Source: a virus. From it: 64,000 nucleotides of DNA. A program made the translations under genes and the position numbers. A model generated the notes under the pieces. That model was not told where the DNA came from, made no database searches, and was given only the letters and a program-made list of their open reading frames with translations. Positions 37,710 to 46,060 of the stretch are shown here, one piece after another (the stretch's first letter is position 1; every line of letters begins with the position of its first letter). Where the stretch lies: IMG/VR virus record IMGVR_UViG_3300035670_000045, positions 32,001 through 96,000 of that record; one strand, 5' to 3'.

Positions 37710-38346
37710 GTACCAAGAGCTCACCACCAAGTTCCTCGAGCTACAGCGCGACCCCGATGCCCAACGAGAGGCACAGAAAAAGGAAGAAGCGCTCACGGAG
37801 AAGCGCCTCGAGAAACTCGGGCATGGCAGGTACAAGCTCGAGCTCATGTTCGGCCCGGACCGCCGCCAAGGACAGTCGTACGTCGGTCAGCTCCAGTTCT
37901 TCGAGTCCGGTGCTTGGGTGAGTGGGCAGGGCGACATCAAGGTCTACCTGTGCCCGGGCAAGGAGCGGAAGGGGAACGGCTGCGAGGCGTTCATCCCGTC
38001 GGAGTCCAACCAATACGACCAAGCGTACTGCGCTGCCTGCGGGTCGGTGTGGTCCTCCGAGGAGCTCTACGGCGAGATCGTGGGCAAGTTCTCGACGGCC
38101 CGCTGGGCGGACCTTCTCGAGAAGTACTTCAACCGCTTCCACCGCAACTGCGACATCTACGTGAAGCACGTCACTGGTGACCTCCAGGGCGCAACGCGCA
38201 CGGAGATCAACCGGCAAGCGGGGGGTGACGCCATCGAATCGGCGAAGGAGAAAGTCGAGACCTCGATGTACCTTCTGCACCGAATTATCGCGGACTCCCG
38301 CTACACCGGTGTAAACTCGGTGTTCAAGGCATTCCTCAACGGGTGA
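37702..38346 (+). CDS. Zn-binding hypothetical protein
   Basis: YLCP...GC...CAACG; GTG start inferred. Confidence 0.6.
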   Translation: MGRYQELTTKFLELQRDPDAQREAQKKEEALTEKRLEKLGHGRYKLELMFGPDRRQGQSYVGQLQFFESGAWVSGQGDIKVYLCPGKERKGNGCEAFIPSESNQYDQAYCAACGSVWSSEELYGEIVGKFSTARWADLLEKYFNRFHRNCDIYVKHVTGDLQGATRTEINRQAGGDAIESAKEKVETSMYLLHRIIADSRYTGVNSVFKAFLNG

Positions 38347-38798
38347 CCATGGACAGCGAGTACCTCCGCCTCAACTACGAAAAGGCCGTCATTGCGTGCT
38401 TGGCGGAGCATCTTCGCGCGTACGTGGGGGAGCGGCCCAAAACGATCGAGGCTACGGACCTGCCCATCGCGAACGCCCAGGTTCCGGAGAGCCTGGTCAT
38501 GGACATGCTCCGCCAGCTTCATCGGGAGGTTCACCTCCGAGAGGACAAGTTGGCGGAGTTCAGGCTCGCACGGAAAGAGACAAAGCCCCTGTTCTCGGAC
38601 TCGCCGGACGAGCCTGCTGCCCCGAGTCCACCGAAGAAGAAAAAGAAGAAAAAGAAGGCGTCTACCGCCGACACCGCACCACCGAGCACAGGTGTTGCGG
38701 ACGTTCAGGAGCTGCACACCGATGGAATCGACCCAAGAGAAAGCACAGTCGAGCTGCGAGACGACCCCGAGCTCGAGCCCAAGTCCGCAGCCGGGTGA
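38343..38798 (+). CDS. Hypothetical protein with poly-Lys tract
   Basis: PPKKKKKKKKAS. Confidence 0.55.
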   Translation: MTMDSEYLRLNYEKAVIACLAEHLRAYVGERPKTIEATDLPIANAQVPESLVMDMLRQLHREVHLREDKLAEFRLARKETKPLFSDSPDEPAAPSPPKKKKKKKKASTADTAPPSTGVADVQELHTDGIDPRESTVELRDDPELEPKSAAG

Positions 38799-39093
38799 GA
38801 TCGAGCAACTTCGGAAGCGAGTCGGCCACGTCGCGGACGCCGTCAACCACAACGCCCAAATCGCGTTCGAGTGCGTTGTCGCGCTTCAGGTCCAGAACCG
38901 AGCCCTTCGGATGGCGATCGAGGACATGGTCTCGGGCCGTATTCGGGTAGTCAGCCCCGGAGTCTACGACCACGAGGCGTACGTACAGGACGCGGTGGCC
39001 GCCCTGAAGGCGGAGGATGCCGAGCGTACCTCCACCATGGCGCCCCCCAACACGCCGACGCCGGTCCCGCCGTCAGCGGACCTTCAGAAATAG
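38722..39093 (+). CDS. Hypothetical coiled-coil protein
   Basis: AGGAG upstream of ATG 38722; EIEQLRKRV...ALRMAIED. Confidence 0.5.
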   Translation: MESTQEKAQSSCETTPSSSPSPQPGEIEQLRKRVGHVADAVNHNAQIAFECVVALQVQNRALRMAIEDMVSGRIRVVSPGVYDHEAYVQDAVAALKAEDAERTSTMAPPNTPTPVPPSADLQK

Positions 39094-39549
39094 GGCGTCC
39101 TCGACCTGGTCCCGCAGCGGCCGTTGCATCACCCAGCTGTCGCTGTCTTCCCCGACGATGTGGAGCCCGTTCTTCAAGTAGAAGTGCATGGCTCCCGTGT
39201 TGTTCTTGCGAACATGCAACGTCAAGTACCCCACCGACGCCTCGCGGTCGTGCTCTCGCAGTAGGAGCTCCAGGAGGGCCTGCCCGACGCCCCTCCGAAC
39301 ATGGGTAGGGACCACTGCCAGTCGGGTGATCTCCAGGAGGCCTTCGTCCCGACGTGCTAGCAGGTACCCCACGATACGACCTTGCACCCAGACGGCGTAC
39401 CCGGAGCCCTTCTCGAGCTCGACCCTGACTTGTTTGGCGTCGAAGCCGTTGTCGAACATAGTGAGGTCCAACACGGACACTTCGTCCGCATGGGTCACAT
39501 TCAACGGCCCGAATTTCCACGTCTCTTGGGAGGCAGCTGTGTCCGACAT
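39073..39549 (-). CDS. GNAT N-acetyltransferase (RimI-like)
   Basis: ITRLAVVP..RRGVGQALL (acetyl-CoA motif A) and LHVRKNNTGAMHFYLKNG (motif B). Confidence 0.85.
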   Translation of the reverse strand: MSDTAASQETWKFGPLNVTHADEVSVLDLTMFDNGFDAKQVRVELEKGSGYAVWVQGRIVGYLLARRDEGLLEITRLAVVPTHVRRGVGQALLELLLREHDREASVGYLTLHVRKNNTGAMHFYLKNGLHIVGEDSDSWVMQRPLRDQVEDALFLKVR

Positions 39550-39784
39550 CCAGGTTACCGTACCACGACCTTTGACCCCCCAGCAGCTCAAGGCGGCGGT
39601 GGAGGAGGAGCTGCTCGAGTTCGACACGGAGTTCCAGTCCTTGGGCAACTCCCCCGTCATGGCGTACGAGAAGGCCATCCTCCGCACCTACCTCCTCCTC
39701 CGCCTGGCTAAAAAAGAGGACGACCCAGCCGCCGCCCCCGAGGGGGCGGCAGCCGGTACGGGTCAGGGTCCGACTTCGACCTGA
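39539..39784 (+). CDS. Hypothetical protein
   Basis: GGAGG SD before GTG 39539; divergent from the GNAT with overlapping 5' ends. Confidence 0.55.
   Translation: MSDIQVTVPRPLTPQQLKAAVEEELLEFDTEFQSLGNSPVMAYEKAILRTYLLLRLAKKEDDPAAAPEGAAAGTGQGPTST
39557..39564 (-). promoter_or_regulatory. GG-TAnnnT element 7 nt before the GNAT ATG
   Basis: Minus strand TGG TACGGT aacctgg ATG(39549). Confidence 0.45.
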
Positions 39785-40293
39785 GCCAACCATCCGCGGG
39801 CCGTGTACTCGTGGGGTCGCACGGGCAAGGGCCCGTCGGCACCCGGAGTGACACGCCGCAGGCGAGCGGTCATCAGCAGCTCGTCGGAGGGCATCACCCC
39901 CGTCGGGCGTTCGATGGTCAGTTTGGCGATGTGTGGCACCACGAAGAACCGACGAGCTCCAGCCACCTGAAGCTCGAGCACCCCTTCCCCTTCCACACGC
40001 ACGGGGATGGGTGTGCCGTCCTCCTGCTCCCCGGGTGGCAAGTCCACGGCGAGCAGAACGGCGCCATCGCAGGGGCGCCACTGGGAGGACACCACCAGGC
40101 GGTCGTTCCTGACGGCGACATCCCCGCCGGCCAGGAGGATACGCGACCCGTGCCACGTGGTCGGGGCGATGTGGGCGATCTCCCGAATCACCCGCTGCAG
40201 GGTGTACGCATCGAGCGACACCTGCGTATCGTGAGGTAGTGCGACTTCGATACCAGCGTGCAGCCCCTCGTCACTGATTGTGTAGAACTCCAT
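39763..40293 (-). CDS. Hypothetical protein (cassette gene)
   Basis: Preceded by the GGGATAAGAG leader. Confidence 0.65.
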   Translation of the reverse strand: MEFYTISDEGLHAGIEVALPHDTQVSLDAYTLQRVIREIAHIAPTTWHGSRILLAGGDVAVRNDRLVVSSQWRPCDGAVLLAVDLPPGEQEDGTPIPVRVEGEGVLELQVAGARRFFVVPHIAKLTIERPTGVMPSDELLMTARLRRVTPGADGPLPVRPHEYTARGWLAQVEVGP

Positions 40294-40330
40294 GTGTTTC
40301 TTCCGTACAGGCAGTACGGCTCCTTCAATT

Positions 40331-40341
40331 CTCTTATCCCC
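40331..40341 (-). promoter_or_regulatory. GGGATAAGA motif
   Basis: One of ten copies upstream of cassette units. Confidence 0.65.
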
Positions 40342-40345
40342 GGTC

Positions 40346-40405
40346 AGCTAAAGAAGTGGACACTGAATCGGGCCGCTGGCAGGCGGCCCGTCAGGTCACT
40401 TCTTT
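40346..40405 (-). terminator. Long bulged hairpin followed by TTTAGCT
   Basis: AAAGAAGTG..CTGACGGGCCGC/GCGGCCCG..TCAG..CACTTCTTT-AGCT after the 40410 stop. Confidence 0.7.
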
Positions 40406-40409
40406 CGGC

Positions 40410-40844
40410 TCAGGACGCTGGCGCCACTTCCTGGGGTTTGGTGATTTCGATGGCCGCGTCCAGCCCCGCAATCACCCCTTTACCGAACGCCTCTTCCGCA
40501 CGTTCCTCCGCCGCCTGTTTCTTCTCTTCGACGATCTCGTTGCCAATCGCACGCCCGGCCATGGTGCCGATGGCGAACCCCACGACGGCACCCGCACCAG
40601 CGCCCAGGTTTGCGCCGATGGTCGTCACCGCATTGGCCGTGTCTTCGCTCACGCCTTCGCCGTCGTGCAGCTTCGGGAGGAGCGTAGCGGCCGTCACCGC
40701 TGCACCCACCACGGACCCCACCAGCATGCCGATGGTAGCCCCGCCGAGTCCGCCCGCGCCGGCGAGGGCCGCACGCCGCATCTTCGCCTCGTTGACCTCG
40801 CTCGAGACCATCACGCGCGCCTTCACACCATTGAACTTGCTCAT
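40410..40844 (-). CDS. Glycine-zipper membrane protein (cassette gene)
   Basis: Two GxxxG-rich hydrophobic helices. Confidence 0.7.
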   Translation of the reverse strand: MSKFNGVKARVMVSSEVNEAKMRRAALAGAGGLGGATIGMLVGSVVGAAVTAATLLPKLHDGEGVSEDTANAVTTIGANLGAGAGAVVGFAIGTMAGRAIGNEIVEEKKQAAEERAEEAFGKGVIAGLDAAIEITKPQEVAPAS

Positions 40845-40880
40845 GTGTTTCTTCCGTACAACCGTACGGCTCCTTCAACT

Positions 40881-40890
40881 CTCTTATCCC
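40881..40890 (-). promoter_or_regulatory. GGGATAAGA motif
   Basis: Upstream of the 40844 start. Confidence 0.65.
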
Positions 40891-40916
40891 TGACTTGGTA
40901 CGTGTATTGCGCACAT

Positions 40917-40942
40917 ACCTAAAGAACCGGCACTTGCCGGCT
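40917..40942 (-). terminator. Hairpin + TTTAGGT
   Basis: AGCCGGC-AAGT-GCCGGTT-CTTTAGGT. Confidence 0.65.
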
Positions 40943-40949
40943 GGGCGGG

Positions 40950-41237
40950 TCAGAGGCCGCCCCCCTCACGCAGGTCCTGCTTGGCCACCAGCTCCCGAAT
41001 CAAGTAGATGCCTTCACCCTTGGATAGCTCCTGCAGGTCTTCCTTGGTGAATTGGACGGTCAGGACGACTTTCTCCGTCCGGACCTGCTCCTTGAGTGCA
41101 TTGAGTGCCTCAGGCGAAAGGGCGCTCTCGAGCGCCGTTTTCGTGCGCTCGACCACCATACGGCGCCGAGCCATCGACCACACCATCGTGCCCGTGTTGA
41201 CCAACCGAGCCACCGCAAGCATCGTCTGAAAAATCAT
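40950..41237 (-). CDS. Hypothetical protein (cassette gene)
   Basis: GGAGG SD; N-terminal hydrophobic segment. Confidence 0.65.
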   Translation of the reverse strand: MIFQTMLAVARLVNTGTMVWSMARRRMVVERTKTALESALSPEALNALKEQVRTEKVVLTVQFTKEDLQELSKGEGIYLIRELVAKQDLREGGGL

Positions 41238-41252
41238 GTGTATCCTCCACTA

Positions 41253-41263
41253 TTCTTATCCCC
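41253..41263 (-). promoter_or_regulatory. GGGATAAGA motif
   Basis: GGGGATAAGAA upstream of GGAGGATACACATG. Confidence 0.65.
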
Positions 41264-41299
41264 GGTTTACTCTCCAACCGGTGGAATATGTAAGGGCAC

Positions 41300-41333
41300 A
41301 CCTAAAAAGAAGGGGGCTCAGGCCCCCCTTCTT
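41300..41333 (-). terminator. Hairpin + TTTTTAGGT
   Basis: AGAAGGGGG...CCCCCTTCTTTTTAGGT. Confidence 0.75.
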
Positions 41334-41710
41334 CACTTCGCGCGGAGCATGTTCCGCGCGAACCGGGCGGCCGATCCTCCGAGGACCGCGCCTGCCGTGG
41401 CACTCGAGGCGATGATGGACTTCCCGCCTTCCGTGCGGGGGATGGCCGTACCGTCCTCGGCCGTGGCCGAGGTCAGCTTGGCGCCGATGGCCGCACCGAT
41501 GGCCGCACCGAAGAGCGCACCACCCATGGTGATGGCGCTTTCCGTGGCCACTTCGCGCCGGGTGGGCTCGAGGCGGGCGAGGCGGGCGTGAACTTCACGC
41601 ACCTCGTGCCCGACGATGCGCTCGACCGTGTCCGAGACATCCCGCACGATGCGGTCGTGCTCGGGGATGGTGGTCTCGTTTTTGGTGAACTCTTGCTGGG
41701 TCTGCTTCAT
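41333..41710 (-). CDS. Coiled-coil + glycine-zipper membrane protein (cassette gene; in-frame upstream start at 41893)
   Basis: AAGGAGG SD before ATG 41710; GGALFGAAIGAAIG and GAVLGG helices. Confidence 0.7.
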   Translation of the reverse strand: MKQTQQEFTKNETTIPEHDRIVRDVSDTVERIVGHEVREVHARLARLEPTRREVATESAITMGGALFGAAIGAAIGAKLTSATAEDGTAIPRTEGGKSIIASSATAGAVLGGSAARFARNMLRAK

Positions 41711-41750
41711 GTGGTCCTCCTTGTTGTCCCCGTTAGGGGTTCCTTCATGT

Positions 41751-41760
41751 CTCTTATCCC
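41751..41760 (-). promoter_or_regulatory. GGGATAAGA motif
   Basis: GGGATAAGAG, then hairpin CCCC-TAAC-GGGG, then SD. Confidence 0.6.
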
Positions 41761-41908
41761 TGGATTGACCGGGATTTTGCGACTTCGGCATGGCGTACGT
41801 GTCCGCCATGGACGTCATCTCTCCTGCCCAGATGACCCCGCGACGCGGGTTGCGGTTTCGGGGGGTGCTCCGTGCGTGCTCCTGGGTATGCATGTGTATC
41901 CTCCATGC

Positions 41909-41919
41909 TTCTTATCCCC
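41909..41919 (-). promoter_or_regulatory. GGGATAAGA motif
   Basis: GGGGATAAGAA upstream of GGAGGATACACATG(41893). Confidence 0.65.
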
Positions 41920-41935
41920 GAAACTCGGCGGACAT

Positions 41936-41966
41936 AGCTAAAGAGGAAGGCGTCTGTGCCTTCCTC
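41936..41966 (-). terminator. Hairpin + TTTAGCT
   Basis: GAGGAAGGC-ACAGAC-GCCTTCCTC-TTTAGCT. Confidence 0.75.
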
Positions 41967-41970
41967 CGCT

Positions 41971-42315
41971 CTACGCCGAGAGCACCACCCTGCGCATCAC
42001 CGGGGAGTACCTGGTGACCGTGTTGACGATCTCCACGTACAGCCGGTGCACATCCGCTGGGATGGGTGCCGACGACCACATGCGGACTTCCTGCCGGGCG
42101 TGGTCCACCGTGGCGGAAGCCACGGGTGTCGCCCCTTTCAAGCTCACGTCCACCGTTGTCCAAGTGAAGATGGCAGAGGGCCGTACGCTGAGCTCCCACG
42201 CGCCAGCGTGCGCTACAACTCCACCGTGAGGGGTTCGCTCGGCCTCCTTGTGCATCTGGAGCACCCGAACGAGTACTCCAGCCAACATCTCGTCCCGTAC
42301 TTCGTCCATTTCCAT
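41971..42315 (-). CDS. Hypothetical protein (cassette gene)
   Basis: AAGGAG SD; 114 aa. Confidence 0.65.
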   Translation of the reverse strand: MEMDEVRDEMLAGVLVRVLQMHKEAERTPHGGVVAHAGAWELSVRPSAIFTWTTVDVSLKGATPVASATVDHARQEVRMWSSAPIPADVHRLYVEIVNTVTRYSPVMRRVVLSA

Positions 42316-42360
42316 GGGCGTACTCCTTCAAGGCCCCGAAAAGTCGGGGGTGTTCTACTT

Positions 42361-42371
42361 CTCTTATCCCC
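42361..42371 (-). promoter_or_regulatory. GGGATAAGA motif
   Basis: GGGGATAAGAG, then hairpin CCCCGA-CTTT-TCGGGG, then SD. Confidence 0.65.
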
Positions 42372-42399
42372 GAAAGGAGGGCACCGCGGGCAGTGGTGT

Positions 42400-42441
42400 A
42401 GCTAAAAGAAACGACGCCAGGAGCCACCCTGACGTCGTTTC
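42400..42441 (-). terminator. Hairpin + TTTTAGCT
   Basis: GAAACGACGTCAGG-GTGGCT-CCTGGCGTCGTTTC-TTTTAGCT. Confidence 0.75.
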
Positions 42442-42495
42442 CGAGACCCTACGACCCGAAAGGAGGAGGAAACACCGCCGCAAAGCCTCTCACAG
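42404..42495 (-). ncRNA. Candidate small RNA (~90 nt)
   Basis: Between a GTGATAAGAG motif (42496-42506) and a strong terminator, with no SD-led ORF; contains CCTCCTCCTTTC. Confidence 0.4.
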
Positions 42496-42566
42496 CTCTT
42501 ATCACCACACCCCACCTGCTTTTGCAGCGGTGGAATATGTATCCGGCCCCAGGGGGTAAGGCGCGT

Positions 42567-42574
42567 GGTACCCT
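42567..42574 (+). promoter_or_regulatory. GG-TAnnnT element 6 nt before the tape measure ATG
   Basis: TGG TACCCT taggcc ATG(42581); no SD. Confidence 0.6.
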
Positions 42575-42580
42575 TAGGCC

Positions 42581-45500
42581 ATGCCGTTTTTGACTGCCGC
42601 TGATGCCATCGCGGGCATGAACGCTGCCCAGCACACCTCCATGTTGAACGGCCTGATGCCGTTCAACACCCAGGCGGAGCAGCTCGCTGGCGGCCTCATG
42701 TCCCGCGGAGCGGCGGTCGGGTCTCCCTTGATGGGGGCGGCGAGTGGCCTTCTCGGTCTGGACCCGTTGTCCATCGGCATGCGGATGGGCACAGCCGCGT
42801 ATAGCTCCAACATGGTGGGGTTGGCGGGTGCAGCGGGCATCGGAATCGCTGGCGCAGGTGCAGCGGGCATCGCCGGAATCGGTGCGTCCTACATCGGCGG
42901 CCAGATGCAGATGGGCGCCCAGCAGCAGATGCAACTGAACCAGGGCTTGCGCCAGAACTACAACTTCATGAACGCCCAAGGCGGAATGGGGTTCACTTCG
43001 AATCAAGGGTTTCAGATCGGCAGCCACATCCGGTCCATGACGGAGCAGGCTGGCCCGGGCGGGGAGCACTACGGGTTCGATGAGCTCTCGCGCATCGCAC
43101 AGAACATGGGGCGTATTGGGGGTGGACAGGGGGTTCGGACCGTCGAGGAGTTCCGATCCAAGTTCAAAGAGACCCTCGACACCCTGAAAAAGGTCAGCCA
43201 CGAGCTCGGGGGTACGCTCGAGGACGCCATGAAGGCCATGCAGAGCATGAAAGGCTCAGGCATCTTCAAGGCGGCAGACCAGGCCAAGATGGCGATGGAC
43301 ATGCGTGTGGGCGCCGTTGCTGGTGGAATGGCTACCAGCGAGCTCGCAGGCATGGCGTCCATCGGGTCCCAGATCTCTCGAGCGATCGGAGGCCTGGGCA
43401 GGTCGGGCGCGAACGCCGGGATCCGGACCATCTCGCAGATCGGGTCTGCACAGGCGGTGGGTGCCCTCTCGGAGGAGGACATCTACAACGCCACGGGGTT
43501 GAACGGGGCGGAAGGCAGGCAGGCCTTGGCGACCTCCCAGCTGCAGCAGAGCGCCAGGTTCCTCCACTCCTCCAAGGGCAGGTACTTCCTGGCATCTGTC
43601 GCCGGGAAAGACGGCCAGTTGAACGAGAACGCGGTGGGGGAGTGGATGGCCGGCGGCGCCATGACTACGGGGCGTACGGCCGAGATGGCACACCAGAACC
43701 TCGCGGGCGTCGGGCGGGCGAACTTCATCCGAAACGAGGGACGCCTACGCGGGGAAGCCCTGAGTAAATTCGGGGGCCTGGCCCAGTCGATGGCCCTTCA
43801 GCAGTGGTTGGCCTCCCGGGGGCATGACCCGAACAACATGGACGACAGGTCCATGCTGGCGTTCCAGCGGTTCACCGGGATGGGCCGAGACGAGGCGGAC
43901 GCGGCGATCAAGCAGATCAACCACATGCCCGAGATCCTCGCCAACATGCGGGAGACAGAGCGTGGCCTGGGTGTTGCGGATGCCATGCAGCGCCAACGTG
44001 CGACCACGGGAATCGAGGGCCTCAAGAAGAAGGCGGAGCACCTCAAGGAGCACACGAACAACGCGTTCCAGCAGGCCGGGGCTCGCGTCCTCAAGGCAGG
44101 GTCCAACGAGCTCGAGCGTTGGTTCAACGCCATGTCGGACGTGTACACCCAGACGGTGACCGAGGGCCTGGACCAGGCTGTGCGCCAGATGGAAACGTCC
44201 ACCGATAAGGCGCAGACGATGAAGGACTTCCGGCGCTCCTTCGGCTCCGGCGGGCATCGACCTGGCGGCTCGGCTGCAGACCGCGCAAACGGTGCAGCGG
44301 GGACCGCCCTTCGCGCCGCAAACAGTGGCTTTGGCGGATCTGCGTCCATGGGGCTGGGCGCTGCCAACAGCGACATGATCAAGCGGGCGTCCATCGGCGC
44401 GTCGTTCGACCCGAACGACCCCAACGGGGCGGACAACGCCCTCTTGGCGTTCCAGAAGGGGCTAAGCGGGGATGTGCTGAGTCAGTTCCAGGCGATCAAG
44501 AAGCGGGAGGACCGTATTGGGTTCATGCAGAACCTACAGATGGGTGCTGGGGTGAACTCCGACGCCACGATGGCTGCCACCCTGTCCCGTCGGAAGATGC
44601 AGTACGGCGGACCCACAAGCGGTTCGAGGTCCGAGGCGGATGCCCTCGATGAGCAGGCGGCCCTGCTCTTCGGTCGTCGGTCCCGCACCGACGGGGTGCG
44701 CGAGGCCGACATGAGCACTGGGGAGCGCCTCCTGACCGACATGTTCACTGGAAACGCGGTGGTCGGAGGGGCCGTGGCCAGCCTCTTCAAGGGCGGGAGG
44801 GGTGCGCCCTCCGTCAGCGAGTCGCGCACCCGTACGGCTGGCGCGGTTTCCCGCTTCTACGACCGCATCACCGGTCGGGCAGAGTACGACGAGGGCGCTG
44901 CCGGCCTCCTGAACGACCGCCGGACCAAGGACATGATCGCCGACCTCTACCAGGGGGACGACGACGACAAGAAGCTCGCACGCAGTCGGATGTACGACGA
45001 AGTTCAGAAAATGCGGACCGGGGCTGCAGGCGGGAAGCTGAGCAACGCGGACCAGGGGAAGGTGGCAGCTTTGTCTGCCATGGCTCTGGCCTCGGACCCC
45101 GAGTACAAGAAGCTGATGGAGGACATGAACTCCGGGAAGGCGTCTCCGGCGGACTCCTCGCGCGTTGCCGAGGAGATGCGCCGTCTGACCGGGAACCCAA
45201 GCTTGAGTGACTCCGACGTCAACAAGCTCGTCGGGGTGGGCCTCAACGGGGGGTCGATCGCTGTCCGTGACCGGCAGGCAAAGGACTTCGAAGCCTACGC
45301 CTCGAAGCTTCGGGTACGTACGGAGGACGAGAAGAACCGACTCCAGAGCTACGGAAGTGCGGTGCGTGGAAAGGACGGCAAGCTCACCGTCACCGGCGTG
45401 GGCAAGGAGCGGTCGGACTTCACCGACTCCATCGCCTCGGACATGACCAACATCCTGAATCGCTCGAACGTCACGTCGGATGACGTTCGCGGGACGTTGG

Positions 45501-46060
45501 CTGCCCAAGACGACTTGAACGCCAAGATCGCCGGCGCCTCCATGAAGGACCGTGAGCTCGTCGCGCGGAAGTTCGTCGGTACGGCCGCGGGAGATGCAGC
45601 TGCCCGCTCGCTGAGCGCGGAGCGCCGGTTCAAGGGAGCGGCCAAGCGGTACGGCAGCATCGGCGGAGCTGTCGAGTCGATGTTCGGCTTCGACATGGAC
45701 CAGTCGGAGGCGGCACGCCTGAAGGGTATGAGCGCGGACGAGCAGTCCGGGTACCTCGCCCAGAAAATGGGCCTGTCGAAGGAAGAGACCGAGCGTCTCA
45801 AGTCGGCCATGGGCGAGAAGAACGACGGTCTTCGCGCGTCGCGCCTCGAAGAGCTCAAAGCCGGCCTCAAGGGCAAGGCGGCCGAGCAGCTCAAGGAGCG
45901 CGAGGAAGGAAAACGGGACCCCAACGTGGTACAGCTCGAGAAGATCCGCGAGAACGCGGAGAAGCAGTCGGGGTACCTCAAGGCGATGGCCACCATCGCC
46001 GTTGGTTCGGACCAGAAGCTCCAAGAGCTCGTCAACAAGAAGGACCCGGAGAAGACATGA
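42581..46060 (+). CDS. Tail tape measure protein
   Basis: 1159 aa, A/G/M/Q-rich helical protein with an N-proximal hydrophobic Gly-rich segment, upstream of baseplate genes. Confidence 0.75.
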   Translation: MPFLTAADAIAGMNAAQHTSMLNGLMPFNTQAEQLAGGLMSRGAAVGSPLMGAASGLLGLDPLSIGMRMGTAAYSSNMVGLAGAAGIGIAGAGAAGIAGIGASYIGGQMQMGAQQQMQLNQGLRQNYNFMNAQGGMGFTSNQGFQIGSHIRSMTEQAGPGGEHYGFDELSRIAQNMGRIGGGQGVRTVEEFRSKFKETLDTLKKVSHELGGTLEDAMKAMQSMKGSGIFKAADQAKMAMDMRVGAVAGGMATSELAGMASIGSQISRAIGGLGRSGANAGIRTISQIGSAQAVGALSEEDIYNATGLNGAEGRQALATSQLQQSARFLHSSKGRYFLASVAGKDGQLNENAVGEWMAGGAMTTGRTAEMAHQNLAGVGRANFIRNEGRLRGEALSKFGGLAQSMALQQWLASRGHDPNNMDDRSMLAFQRFTGMGRDEADAAIKQINHMPEILANMRETERGLGVADAMQRQRATTGIEGLKKKAEHLKEHTNNAFQQAGARVLKAGSNELERWFNAMSDVYTQTVTEGLDQAVRQMETSTDKAQTMKDFRRSFGSGGHRPGGSAADRANGAAGTALRAANSGFGGSASMGLGAANSDMIKRASIGASFDPNDPNGADNALLAFQKGLSGDVLSQFQAIKKREDRIGFMQNLQMGAGVNSDATMAATLSRRKMQYGGPTSGSRSEADALDEQAALLFGRRSRTDGVREADMSTGERLLTDMFTGNAVVGGAVASLFKGGRGAPSVSESRTRTAGAVSRFYDRITGRAEYDEGAAGLLNDRRTKDMIADLYQGDDDDKKLARSRMYDEVQKMRTGAAGGKLSNADQGKVAALSAMALASDPEYKKLMEDMNSGKASPADSSRVAEEMRRLTGNPSLSDSDVNKLVGVGLNGGSIAVRDRQAKDFEAYASKLRVRTEDEKNRLQSYGSAVRGKDGKLTVTGVGKERSDFTDSIASDMTNILNRSNVTSDDVRGTLAAQDDLNAKIAGASMKDRELVARKFVGTAAGDAAARSLSAERRFKGAAKRYGSIGGAVESMFGFDMDQSEAARLKGMSADEQSGYLAQKMGLSKEETERLKSAMGEKNDGLRASRLEELKAGLKGKAAEQLKEREEGKRDPNVVQLEKIRENAEKQSGYLKAMATIAVGSDQKLQELVNKKDPEKT

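Larger units (their letters stand above)
40291..40890 (-). repeat. Near-identical ~50-bp 5' leaders (40291-40340 and 40842-40890)
   Basis: Minus strand GGGATAAGAGA(A/G)TTGAAGGAG-CCGTAC-loop-GTACGG-AAGAAACACATG; differences are in the loop and one other base. Confidence 0.9.

Noticed and set aside
40346-42441. Integron attC array
   Set aside because: TTTAGST resembles GTTRRRY and one hairpin is bulged, but there is no complementary RYYYAAC core, hairpin sizes vary widely, each gene has its own upstream motif, and no integrase is in the window.
40291-42506. CRISPR array
   Set aside because: The repeats are short motifs or paired leaders separated by whole genes, not regularly spaced repeats with spacers; no cas genes.
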